Counted from the first letter of the whole stretch, positions 30,531 to 39,714 are shown. The stretch: DNA of 63,850 nucleotides, filler included, from Deltaproteobacteria bacterium (GCA_030698575.1; 12 parts of 12 records of this genome joined end to end with filler, not necessarily neighbours in it); one strand, 5' to 3'. Numbers and translations are program-made. Notes: generated from the letters alone by a model not told the origin.

Positions 30531-31727
30531 ATGACACCTCTCTCGACCGCGCCGGATGCGGTCGCCGAGCTTTGCGGCCGCGTGCGCAAGTTCGTCGACG
30601 GCCGCGTCATCCCCGACGAGAAGATCCTCGACCGCGCCGACCCGGAGGCGAATGCGCTAATGAAGACGCTTCAGGGGGAGGCGAAGGCCGAGGGGCTTTG
30701 GGCCCTCAACCTACCCGTAGAGATCGGCGGCGGCGGCGTTCCCTTCATGCCCTACGTCTATGTGAACGAGATCATCGGGCGCTCGGAGCACGCGATGGCG
30801 GCCCTCGGCACGCACATCACGCAGGACAGCTGGATGCTGCACCTCTTCGGAACGCCGGAGCAGAAGGAGCGCTGGCTTCTCCCCATGGCCCGCGGCGAGA
30901 TCACCCCCAGCGTCGGCATGACCGAGCCCGAGGTGGCCGGAAGCGACCCGACCGGGATCCGCGCGACCGCGACGCTTGATGGCGACGAGTGGGTGGTGAA
31001 CGCGCACAAGTGGTTCACCACCGGCGCGAACGTCGCGGCTTTCACGACGGTGATGTGCGTCACCGAGTCCGGCGCCGCGCCCCACCAGGCCGCCAGCATG
31101 ATCCTGGTGCCGACGGATGCGCCGGGTTACGAGTTGGTCCGGATCGTCCCGACCATGGGCGACACCAAGGGGCTTCACTGCGAAATCCGGCTCACCGACG
31201 TCCGGGTGCCGGTCTCGTACCTGCTCGGGAAACGCGGTCAGGGCTTTCACATCGCCCAGAAACGCCTCGGGCCGGGGCGGATCTTCCACTGCATGCGCTG
31301 GCTCGGGCAGGCCCAGCGCGCCTTCGAGCTCATGTGCAGCTACGCGCTCGAACGAAAGGCCTTCGGCTCGCCACTGGCGCAAAAGCAGAGCGTCCAGAAC
31401 TGGATCGCCGACAGCGCCGCCGAGATCCAGGCAGCGCGGCTTCTGACGCTCGATGCTGCCCGGCGCATAGACGAGGGCGACGAGGCCCGCGTGGAGATCA
31501 GCCTGATCAAGTTCTTCGGCGCCCGCGTCCTGCACGACGTGATCGATCGCGCGATCCAGGTCCACGGCGCCCGGGGTGTATCGGGCGACACGCCCCTCGA
31601 TAAGATGTATCGCCACGCGCGCTACGCGCGCATTTACGACGGCCCCGACGAGGTTCATCGCATGGTCGTCTCGCGCCGGATCCTCAAGGCCTTCGCCGTT
31701 GGTGAGGGGTGGCGGTTCAGTGGATGA
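30531..31727 (+). CDS. Acyl-CoA dehydrogenase (ACAD10/11-like)
   Basis: MTEPEVAGSD, HKWFTTG, RLGPGRIFHCMR, IQVHGARG, ARIYDGPDEVH. Confidence 0.95.
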   Translation: MTPLSTAPDAVAELCGRVRKFVDGRVIPDEKILDRADPEANALMKTLQGEAKAEGLWALNLPVEIGGGGVPFMPYVYVNEIIGRSEHAMAALGTHITQDSWMLHLFGTPEQKERWLLPMARGEITPSVGMTEPEVAGSDPTGIRATATLDGDEWVVNAHKWFTTGANVAAFTTVMCVTESGAAPHQAASMILVPTDAPGYELVRIVPTMGDTKGLHCEIRLTDVRVPVSYLLGKRGQGFHIAQKRLGPGRIFHCMRWLGQAQRAFELMCSYALERKAFGSPLAQKQSVQNWIADSAAEIQAARLLTLDAARRIDEGDEARVEISLIKFFGARVLHDVIDRAIQVHGARGVSGDTPLDKMYRHARYARIYDGPDEVHRMVVSRRILKAFAVGEGWRFSG

Positions 31728-31734
31728 AGCGGTG

Positions 31735-32763
31735 ATGAACGCCTCGCAGGAAGAGCTAATCGTCGAAAGCGCCCGCGCCGGCCTGCGCGAGAAGGCCCCC
31801 GGCGCACGGGTCGACGTTCAGGGGCTGCGCCGCCTGACGGGCGGTTCGGTTCGCGAGATCTGGGGCTTCGACGCGGTTCTGGCGCGGGATGGCGAACCGC
31901 CGGAACGGCGGCCGCTGGTCTTTCTTCTCTTCCGCGCGCGGGGGCCCGAGGGGAAACTTTCGCCGGAACAGGAGTTCAGGCTTCTCGAGATCGCCAGCGC
32001 GGCAGGGGTTCCTGTCCCCCAGCCGGTGTGGCAGGGAAAGACCGCGGCAGGGGAACCCTTCTACGTGATGGCGCGCGTCGAGGGCGAGACGATCGGGAGC
32101 CGGATCCTGCGCGACGACCGGCTGGCCCGCGCGCGCGCCGCCCTCCCCGCCCAGGTGGCTGCCGCGGCTGCGGCGATCCATCGCGTTCCCCTCGGCCCCG
32201 AGCTCGATTTTCTCGAAGGACCCCCGGCCGACCGCGCCCCCGCCGACTGGGAGATCGCCCGCATCGAGGATCTCTACCGGCTGGTCACGCCGGATCCCCA
32301 CCCCGTTTTCGAGCTGGCCCTTCGCTGGCTGCGCCAGCATCTACCGCCGGGCACGTCCCGGGCGCTCGTGCACGGCGACTTCCGGATTGGAAACGTGATC
32401 GTGGATGAGACGGGACTGCGCGCGGTGCTCGACTGGGAACTGGCCCACATCGGCGATCCGATGGAGGATCTCGGCTGGTTCTGCGTGCGATCCTGGCGCT
32501 TTCGCGCGGATCACCTGCCGGCGGGAGGCGTGGGCAGTCGCGAGTCGCTGCTCGACGCATACGCCAAAGCCGGGGGAGGAGCCGCCGATCCCGCGCGCCT
32601 CCGCTTCTGGGAGATCTTCGGCAACCTCCGCTGGGGCGTTCTCACTCTCGTCCAGGCGCGATTCTTCCTGGGCGGGGCGAGCACGAGCGTGGAGCTGGCG
32701 AGCATCGGCCGGCGCACAGCGGAAACCGAGTGGGAACTCCTCAACCTGCTGGAGAGTGCGTGA
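31735..32763 (+). CDS. APH-family phosphotransferase (ACAD10/11 N-domain-like)
   Basis: LVHGDFRIGN, VLDWELAHIGDPMEDLGW. Confidence 0.92.
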   Translation: MNASQEELIVESARAGLREKAPGARVDVQGLRRLTGGSVREIWGFDAVLARDGEPPERRPLVFLLFRARGPEGKLSPEQEFRLLEIASAAGVPVPQPVWQGKTAAGEPFYVMARVEGETIGSRILRDDRLARARAALPAQVAAAAAAIHRVPLGPELDFLEGPPADRAPADWEIARIEDLYRLVTPDPHPVFELALRWLRQHLPPGTSRALVHGDFRIGNVIVDETGLRAVLDWELAHIGDPMEDLGWFCVRSWRFRADHLPAGGVGSRESLLDAYAKAGGGAADPARLRFWEIFGNLRWGVLTLVQARFFLGGASTSVELASIGRRTAETEWELLNLLESA

Positions 32764-33218
32764 TGCAGGACCGGCCGACCCGTCACGAGCTGCTTGACGC
32801 CGTGCTGCGTTTCATCGAGGAGGAGCTGGTGCCCGATCTCGAGGGAAGGCTGAAGTTCCTCGCCCGCGTATCGGCGAACGTTCTGCGCATCGTCGATCGC
32901 GAGATCGAGAACGAGTCGGCGCATCTTGCCCGGGAGTGGGCGGGGCTCGACGGCCTCCTGGGTCCGGAGGCAATGCCGGCCGATCCCGCCGCGGCCCGGG
33001 AAGCCGTCACGCGGCGATCCGGGGCGCTCTGCGATCGAATCCGGACCGGCGAGGCCGACGCGGGACCGTTCAGGGAAGCAGTCATGGGACATCTGCGCGA
33101 AACGATTCGCGAAAAAGTATCGGTCTCGGACCCGGGGATCCTCGAGCGGGACGAGGGAGGCATGCAGAGCCCGTCGCCACCCTCCCGGCCGGGGCGGGCA
33201 GGCAATCGGGACGAATGA
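32763..33218 (+). CDS. Small helical protein (DUF6285-like) coupled to the phosphotransferase
   Basis: MQDRPT..ELL.AV..F, ARVSANVL.IV.RE; TGATG overlap with the upstream gene. Confidence 0.75.
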   Translation: MQDRPTRHELLDAVLRFIEEELVPDLEGRLKFLARVSANVLRIVDREIENESAHLAREWAGLDGLLGPEAMPADPAAAREAVTRRSGALCDRIRTGEADAGPFREAVMGHLRETIREKVSVSDPGILERDEGGMQSPSPPSRPGRAGNRDE

Positions 33219-33418
33219 GCCCCGTGCAGGCCGGGTGAAATGTTCGCTGATTACACGACCAATCCACAAGCGCTGAAGACGACGGCACATATTTGTTTGA
33301 CAGGGGTGCGTACAGCCCNNNNNNNNNNNNNNNNNNNNNNNNNNNNNNNNNNNNNNNNNNNNTTAATTAATTAANNNNNNNNNNNNNNNNNNNNNNNNNN
33401 NNNNNNNNNNNNNNNNNN

Positions 33419-34175
33419 TCAGGTGCGCCGGCGCCTGGTCATAGCCCGTCGGCCAGCGCGGCGTGAAGAACTCGCCCACGACCACCCGCACCGAAATCGG
33501 CGCCGCGATGCGCGCATGAAGCTTCTGGAAGCGGTTCGCCTCGTGATACCGCTTCGCGAGGAACTCGCGCGCGTAAGCGATGTGCCGCGCCTCCTCTATC
33601 GAGTGTATTTCGGTGATGCGGCGAACGAGCGGGTGCACGCGATCGTCCTCGCGCGCCGCCCTGGCGAAGTGATCGGGGGGCTCCTCGCCCGCCAGGATGC
33701 CGATGAAGAAGAGGTACATGTTCACCGTCGGGATCTGCCGCGCGCCAATCCGCCCGAGCACGCGGTTGTGCCAGCGCGCCGGCGAGTATCCGAGCCCCAC
33801 CCTCCGCACGAACTCATGGAACATGATCGAGTGGTTCGCTTCCTCGCCGACCTCGTGCAGCATGTAGCGCGTGTCGGGGTCGGAGTAGTCCATCGCGTAC
33901 AGCTTGTAGAGAAAGCCGTACATGAGCATGTTCTCGAGCCAGATGCCGGTCGAGAAGTAACTCACCGCCTCGTAGAGCGAGAGGAGCTTCTTCTCGCGCT
34001 CGCTCATGCTCGCGTAGAGCGCGGTGCCGTTGAGCGATATGAACTTCTCGGGGAGGTAGCGGTGCTCGGATTCGATGTCGATGGGGACCGACCAGTCGAT
34101 GTCCTCGATGGGGTGAAAATGCTTCTGGACGGTGGCGTCGTTCAACCGCTCCGCGAAGGCGACGGAGGTGCGCAT
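33419..34175 (-). CDS. AurF-family diiron oxygenase (3' truncated)
   Basis: GIWLENML, HEVGEEANHSIMF, GEEPPD, HSIEEARHIAYA diiron motifs. Confidence 0.9.
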
Positions 34176-34192
34176 GTCTTGCTCCTGCTTTT

Positions 34193-34245
34193 TAAAATAG
34201 TGGGGTCAGACCCCTTTTGTCAAGGGGTCTGACCCCACTATTTTA
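34193..34245. repeat. Palindromic element R1 (GGGGTCAGACCCC family)
   Basis: Perfect 24-bp IR TAAAATAGTGGGGTCAGACCCCTT / AAGGGGTCTGACCCCACTATTTTA with 5-nt loop. Confidence 0.92.
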
Positions 34246-35171
34246 GCGAGCGCGGCAAAAAGCGCGATACTGGCGAGCGAGAGGGCCGGCACGCTGTCGC
34301 CGCCGCAGGCCACCGGGTAGCCGCCGTAGCGCCAAACCTCGCCCGGGTCCTCCGCGATGAAGACTTCCGCCTCGACCGCCGGGCAGCTCTTCACGATCGC
34401 CACACCCTCCTGGTTGTCGCCCGGCAGCGTGTATTCGCCGAGGAACGTCCCGTCGGCCGTCATCTCGACGATGACGTTGAAGCTATCGTAGATGGCGTAG
34501 AGCGTTCCTGTTGCGGCGTCGAAGTCGAGGCCGGAGACGTCCGTCCGCCCGCCCGGCGGCGGGAGCGTCGCAAGGTGCTGCACCACCCCGGCCGGCTGCA
34601 GATCGAAGACGTAGATGTTCCCCTCGCCCTGGTGCCCCGCGTAGAAGAGTCCGTCGACGTAGGTCAGCGCTTCGAGCCCGCTGTTGATGGCGCCCGTCAT
34701 GTAAGGGGTGAGGTCCCAGCTGTTGCCGGTGAGAAGCCCCGTCGCGAGATCGAACTCGAGCACGGCGTCGGGATGCTCGCGCCCCAGATAGACGAGCGTG
34801 CCGCCCGGGTCGGCGATGGCCACGGCTTCGAGATCGCCGCCGGGCGTCCAGGTGGTCTTGTTCGATCCGTCGGGGTCCATCGTCGACACGTCGCCGTCAT
34901 CGCCCACGATGACGAGCTTGCCCAGCCCCGCGTGCCACGCGGCGCCGCTCGGTTCGTAACCCGACGGGAGCCCGCCGGCCTGACCGATCAGGCCGATCTC
35001 GACGCCTGCGTCTCCGGGCCACGGGGGCGCCGCGCTTGCCGTCCGGGCCAGATTGGGAAGCAGAAGGGCGATGAGGGCCGCGGCCGGCGGCAATCCGGCC
35101 AGCATGAGGAACAGCAGGCCGGGCAAGACGACGGTGAAACGGGCCCCAGGACTCGTGCGGCGAGCAACCAT
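34206..35171 (-). CDS. Exported SdiA-regulated/YjiK-like beta-propeller protein with VPALS-type C-terminal anchor
   Basis: Signal peptide; EPSGAAW, DLEAVA, NSGLEALTY, DVSGLDF, NQEGVA blade motifs; stop codon lies inside repeat R1. Confidence 0.7.
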   Translation of the reverse strand: MVARRTSPGARFTVVLPGLLFLMLAGLPPAAALIALLLPNLARTASAAPPWPGDAGVEIGLIGQAGGLPSGYEPSGAAWHAGLGKLVIVGDDGDVSTMDPDGSNKTTWTPGGDLEAVAIADPGGTLVYLGREHPDAVLEFDLATGLLTGNSWDLTPYMTGAINSGLEALTYVDGLFYAGHQGEGNIYVFDLQPAGVVQHLATLPPPGGRTDVSGLDFDAATGTLYAIYDSFNVIVEMTADGTFLGEYTLPGDNQEGVAIVKSCPAVEAEVFIAEDPGEVWRYGGYPVACGGDSVPALSLASIALFAALAKIVGSDPLTKGV

Positions 35172-35195
35172 CGGCGGCGTTCTCCCTTAATTAGT

Positions 35196-35280
35196 GGGGT
35201 CAGACCCCTTTATTTAAGTGGGGCATGACGGCGCAGGCAGCCCCCCCCCGCATCCCACTCAAATAAAGGGGTCAGACCCC
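35196..35280. repeat. Palindromic element R2
   Basis: 27-bp IR (3 mismatches) GGGGTCAGACCCTTTTATTTAAGTGGG / CCCACTCAAATAAAGGGGTCAGACCCC. Confidence 0.88.
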
Positions 35281-35416
35281 GGGCGTTTTACTTGCGGGCC
35301 ACCCCCGTAAACGGGTAATAACCGCTCACACGCCCGCGTATTCCGAACCGGCCGCCCTCGCGGCCGGCAGTCTCGCACAACTTCGGCAACACCGAACGGC
35401 CCGAGGAGCAACGCCG

Positions 35417-36709
35417 ATGGCTGCACCTACGCCCACACCGCCCTCTTCTCCCGATGCCGGAGGTGCCGGGCCCGCCGGCGCGCCCGGTCCGACCATCCCG
35501 GCCGGCGCCGAGGCCCGCGCCCGCGCGCTTCACGAGCGGGTCATGAGCCGCGCGCCGAGCGAGGCCCGCAAGATACTCTCCAAGGTCTCACCGGCTGACG
35601 CCGCCGCCTGCCTGAAGCTCCTGAACCCGACCCAGGCGCTGGAGATCCTCGACGCCTTCGACGACCCCGGACGCGCCGCCGTGCTCGCCGCCACCTCGCC
35701 GGCCAAGCGCGCGCAGTGGGAGATGAACGCTCGTTGTCGCCGGGACAGCGTGGGGCGCATGATGGAGCCGCCCATCGGGGTCTTCCCGCCCGACATCACG
35801 GTGGCCGCCGCCATCGAACGGCTGCGCGAGATGGTGAAGCAGGCGCTCATCACCTATATCTACGTGATCGACGCCGTAGGCGTTCTTCGAGGCGTGGTCG
35901 TCATGCGCGATCTCATGCTCGCCGCGCCCGATGCACGCCTCGAGGAGATCATGATCCGCGAGCCGTTCTTCCTGAAGGCCTGGACGAACGTGGCCGACGC
36001 GATGCGCGAGGTCCTGTCGCGTCACTATCCGGTGTATCCCGTGTGCGACAACGACGGGCGGCTCGTCGGCCTCATCCGCGGCTTCGTGCTCTTCGAGGCG
36101 CGGGCCATCGAGATCAGCGCCCAGCCGGGGCGCATGGTGGGTATCGGGCAGGAGGAGCGCACGACCACGCCCTGGCAGCGGAGCCTGCGCTTCCGCCACC
36201 CCTGGCTGCAGCTCAACCTGGCGACGGCCTTCATGGCGGCGGCGGTGGTGGGGGCGTTCCAGGGGACGATCGATCGCATCGTGCTGCTGGCGGCGTTCCT
36301 GCCGGTGCTGGCGGGGCAGTCGGGCAACACGGGCTGTCAGGCGATGGCGGTGACCATCCGCGGCATGACGCTCGGTGAGCTCAGGCAGTCAAGCGAGCGG
36401 CGGCTGGTGGCAAAGGAGGCGCTGCTCGGCCTCATGAACGGCATCTTCGTGGGGCTCACGGCGGGGGCCGGGATGTATCTCTACGCGCGGTTCGACGGGA
36501 GCCCGTCGGCGCTCATGCTCGGGCTGGTCGTGTTCCTCGCGATGCTGGCGAGCTGCGTCGTGAGCGGCGTGATGGGCGTGCTCGTCCCGGTGACCCTGAA
36601 GCGCCTCGGCGCCGACCCCGCCACCGCCTCCAGCATCTTCCTCACCACCGCCACCGACGTCGCCAGCATGGGCATCTTCCTCCTGCTGGCCACCTACATG
36701 GTTAAATAG
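35417..36709 (+). CDS. mgtE: MgtE magnesium transporter
   Basis: CBS pair, R.PWLQLNL, PVLAGQSGNTGCQ, GADPATASSIFLTTATD. Confidence 0.93.
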   Translation: MAAPTPTPPSSPDAGGAGPAGAPGPTIPAGAEARARALHERVMSRAPSEARKILSKVSPADAAACLKLLNPTQALEILDAFDDPGRAAVLAATSPAKRAQWEMNARCRRDSVGRMMEPPIGVFPPDITVAAAIERLREMVKQALITYIYVIDAVGVLRGVVVMRDLMLAAPDARLEEIMIREPFFLKAWTNVADAMREVLSRHYPVYPVCDNDGRLVGLIRGFVLFEARAIEISAQPGRMVGIGQEERTTTPWQRSLRFRHPWLQLNLATAFMAAAVVGAFQGTIDRIVLLAAFLPVLAGQSGNTGCQAMAVTIRGMTLGELRQSSERRLVAKEALLGLMNGIFVGLTAGAGMYLYARFDGSPSALMLGLVVFLAMLASCVVSGVMGVLVPVTLKRLGADPATASSIFLTTATDVASMGIFLLLATYMVK

Positions 36710-36838
36710 TGGGGTCTGGCACCGTTATTTTAGCGGGATCGGAGGTCGCGCTACCTTATCTGGAATGCACCGCTAAAATAACGGTGCCTGACCCCACGCT
36801 TAAATAAAGGGGTCTGACCCCATTTATGACCCCATTTA
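36709..36838. repeat. MITE-like palindromic element R3 plus adjacent half-element
   Basis: 28-bp IR (1 mismatch) 36709-36736 / 36770-36797, then AAATAAAGGGGTCTGACCCCATTTA with TGACCCCATTTA duplicated. Confidence 0.9.
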
Positions 36839-38908
36839 CTGCACGTAGCCGAGCGCCTTGAGGGCGTCGTGCGCGGCGGGGTCGAGTTCGACGTCGCCGC
36901 CGGGGCCGAGCTTCTCGGCGTCGATGGCGCCGAGCCCCAGCCCCTTCACAATCTGCTCCTGCGACCGCGCCAGCCGCGCCACCACGTCGGGGTGCTTGTC
37001 GGCCAGATTCGTCTCCTCCCCGGGGTCGAGCGCCGGCCGGAACAGCCACCGGTTCCCCTTCTCGTCAACGATGAGCTTCCAGCCGTCCTCCTCGAGCGCC
37101 CGGTACCGCACCTCCATCTGGTCGAAGGGCCCCTGCGGCTTGTAGGTCCCCGGAATGATCCCCTCGAACCGGTGCTGCTCGCTGAAGATCGGCGAGCGCG
37201 ACGAGGGGGGCGTGGTCATGACCCGCATGCCACCCGCCGGCGCCGCCGCCCCGGTCGTCGTATCCCCCGCGGGCCCGCTCCGCAGCCCGACGCCGCCCGC
37301 GGTCTTCCGCGCCACGTCAAAAATCGGCCCGAGGCTCCGCGCATGCACGCGCTCGGGCTCCGGCACACCCGCGAGATCCAGCGCCGTCGCAAAGACCGAC
37401 ACGGTCGTCACCGGCGCCGCGATGCGCAGCCCCGCCGGCACCCGCCCGGGATACCGCACGACCAGCGGCACGTGAATGAGCTGCTCCGACAGCGACATCT
37501 CGTGCCCGTAGAGCCCGTGCTCGCCGAAAAGCTCTCCGTGGTCGCTCACCAGAATCACCGCCGTGTTGTCGAGCACGCCGCGCGCCTTCAGCGCCTCGAT
37601 CACGCGCGCGATCAGCCCGTCTTCATAGACGATGCCGCCGTCATACAGGTCGCGCACGAGTGCTATCTGATCCTCGGCCACCTTGTCGCCGAAAAGTTGC
37701 CCGCCGATCGCCGCGTCGGACGCCTCGCGCATCGCGTCTTCGGAGGTGCCCTCGGGCACGAAGCGGTCGCGATAGTCGGGCGGCAACACCTGGTAGGGGA
37801 AGTGCGACTCGATGTAGTTCAGGAACACGAAGAAGGGCTTCTCGCCGTCCCACTCCTCGCCGACCCATTTCGTGAAGCGCGCGGTGACCTCCCGCGCGCC
37901 GTGGTCCTCGAACAGGAGCCCCGCGCGCGTTGCGATGCGGTAGGCCAGGAATTGCATCGGCGCCGTCATCATGAGCCACGACGGCTCCATGCGCTCGAAG
38001 CCCTGCGTGAAGCCGTTGCTGTCGGTCATGAAGGGGTTCGAGTTGAAGCCCACCGTGCGGTAGCCGTTCTCGTGCAGCACCTCGGCGAGCGTGGTGTTTT
38101 CGAGCGCCAGGAGGTTCCCCTCGTGGTGCGCTCCGTGCGCTGACGGGTAGAGCCCCGTGAACATCGACGCGTGCGTGGGGATGGTCCAGGTGCCCGGCGC
38201 GATGGCGCGCTCGAAGAACGCCCCCTCGCCGGCGAGCCGCGCGAGCGTGGGTGCAGTCTGGCGGCTGTAGCCGTAGGCGTCGAGGTGGTCGGCGCGCACG
38301 GTGTCGATGACGATGAGGAGGACGTTCGGCGCGCCCGCGGGCGCGCTTGCCTTCGCGGCGGGCGGCGCCGGCGGCGTGGGAGTGAGCGCGCGCGGCACGC
38401 CATAGGCCGCCACGACGAGGACGATCGCGATGGGCAGGCGCAGCTTCGCGAGCGTGCGGCGGCGGCGCATCCAGAGGCCGGCTGCATACAAGGCCAGCGT
38501 GAGCGCCAGCATGACGCCCGCCATCACCATGGCCGTCATGAACCTTGGCGACAGCCAGAGGACGATCGCGGCGAGTGCGGTGACACAAAGCAGCGTATGC
38601 AGCGGCCCGCCGCGCTTTCGCCCGAGCAGCGGGCTGAGCGCGAGGCCCAGCAGGGCGCCCGCGACCAGGTCGAAGGCGAGAGATTTCAGGATGGCGTGCG
38701 GCGGCGCCTGCAGGTGCATGCGAAGTGCCGTCGGCACGTTCAGGATTGCCTCTGCCACGGCAAAGCACAGCCCGAAGGCGAGCCCGCGCAGGAGGCCTTC
38801 GTTGAGGGTGCTCTCGGCGGCGCTGCTTGTTCCGGCGGGAGAGGTGCCGGGCGGTTGACCCGAGTCGGCCTGGGTGTGGCCACGGATAGGTGTTTCGTTC
38901 GGCGTCAT
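36836..38908 (-). CDS. Membrane-anchored sulfatase-fold (alkaline phosphatase superfamily) protein
   Basis: N-terminal TM helices; PNVLLIVIDTVRADHL, WTIPTHASMFTG, SDHGE, HVPL, LKALGY. Confidence 0.9.
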   Translation of the reverse strand: MTPNETPIRGHTQADSGQPPGTSPAGTSSAAESTLNEGLLRGLAFGLCFAVAEAILNVPTALRMHLQAPPHAILKSLAFDLVAGALLGLALSPLLGRKRGGPLHTLLCVTALAAIVLWLSPRFMTAMVMAGVMLALTLALYAAGLWMRRRRTLAKLRLPIAIVLVVAAYGVPRALTPTPPAPPAAKASAPAGAPNVLLIVIDTVRADHLDAYGYSRQTAPTLARLAGEGAFFERAIAPGTWTIPTHASMFTGLYPSAHGAHHEGNLLALENTTLAEVLHENGYRTVGFNSNPFMTDSNGFTQGFERMEPSWLMMTAPMQFLAYRIATRAGLLFEDHGAREVTARFTKWVGEEWDGEKPFFVFLNYIESHFPYQVLPPDYRDRFVPEGTSEDAMREASDAAIGGQLFGDKVAEDQIALVRDLYDGGIVYEDGLIARVIEALKARGVLDNTAVILVSDHGELFGEHGLYGHEMSLSEQLIHVPLVVRYPGRVPAGLRIAAPVTTVSVFATALDLAGVPEPERVHARSLGPIFDVARKTAGGVGLRSGPAGDTTTGAAAPAGGMRVMTTPPSSRSPIFSEQHRFEGIIPGTYKPQGPFDQMEVRYRALEEDGWKLIVDEKGNRWLFRPALDPGEETNLADKHPDVVARLARSQEQIVKGLGLGAIDAEKLGPGGDVELDPAAHDALKALGYVQ

Positions 38909-38997
38909 GGGGTTGTCTTGCAGGGGTGAAGGTGGACGGTTGGCGCGACCCGCGGATGATGCCACACCGCCGCGGGGCTAACCACCGATGCCGGCAT

Positions 38998-39069
38998 TGG
39001 GGTCAGGCACCCTTATTTTAGCGGTGCCGTCCGGATGAGGCAGCCTGGCCTCCGATCCCGCTAAAATAA
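38998..39069. repeat. Element R4, inverted diverged copy of R3 (truncated by contig end)
   Basis: TGGGGTCAGGCACCCTTATTTTAGCGGTGC...CCTCCGATCCCGCTAAAATAA aligns to the reverse complement of 36709-36797, including the spacer. Confidence 0.88.
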
Positions 39070-39279
39070 NNNNNNNNNNNNNNNNNNNNNNNNNNNNNNN
39101 NNNNNNNNNNNNNTTAATTAATTAANNNNNNNNNNNNNNNNNNNNNNNNNNNNNNNNNNNNNNNNNNNNGGGCCGGGCCATGCGGCGGTTCGACAGATCG
39201 GCCGGCAAGATCATGCCTGTCTCGGCCCCAGAAGCCTCGCTCCCGGCTCGTCTGGCTGGTAAGCCGAAGTTCACCATCC

Positions 39280-39308
39280 GTGACAGGAGAACACCGCAGT
39301 GATAGAAT
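39280..39308 (+). promoter_or_regulatory. Sigma70-type promoter
   Basis: GTGACA (39280-39285), 17 nt, TAGAAT (39303-39308) with extended -10 TG at 39300-39301. Confidence 0.6.
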
Positions 39309-39313
39309 GCAGT

Positions 39314-39452
39314 CGGAGCCAGTCGATGACCGGCGAGCGTATAACGGCAGGCCGTGGATGATGCCTCCACGGGGTTCGCCACACACAACGGCAGCAGCCC
39401 GAACCCCTGCTGTCAGAGAAGGCGCACTGGGAATGCCCGGGGCGCCTTCTTC
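39314..39452 (+). ncRNA. Candidate structured ncRNA with pseudoknots
   Basis: Lies between the promoter and a terminal hairpin; several complementary segments (see findings); no RBS-led ORF inside. Confidence 0.45.
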
Positions 39453-39456
39453 GCGT

Positions 39457-39672
39457 CTACCGGCTCCGTAACCAGCCAATTAAGCAGGCCCGGTCGCAGA
39501 AATGCCAACTGCGGCGCTCCTCCTTGAAGCACGCTCCGTCGAAGGGCGTCTCCGTCAGGACGATTCCCCGCAGCGGTCGGCGGTCTGCATCATCCACTAC
39601 ACGCACGAGTTCGCAATGGGCGCAGGGCTGGCAAACATAGATGCTCGGCTCCTCGACCTTGTTGCGAGCCAT
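39457..39672 (-). CDS. Small Cys-rich (TRASH/zinc-finger-like) hypothetical protein
   Basis: CQPCAHC...HFCDRACL; GAGGTG RBS and upstream TGGTAGAAT -10. Confidence 0.6.
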   Translation of the reverse strand: MARNKVEEPSIYVCQPCAHCELVRVVDDADRRPLRGIVLTETPFDGACFKEERRSWHFCDRACLIGWLRSR

Positions 39673-39714
39673 CCCGTTCACCTCGCCCCGATTCTACCAC
39701 AAGGAGGCCCTGAC

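Noticed and set aside
34193-39069. Integron attC cassette array or CRISPR
   Set aside because: No integrase, no consistent RYYYAAC/GTTRRRY ends, mixed gene orientation, elements not identical
39332-39414. HDV-like ribozyme or fluoride riboswitch
   Set aside because: No P1.1 GG or valid P3/L3 register for HDV; fluoride UGAUG is misplaced and there is no downstream sense gene
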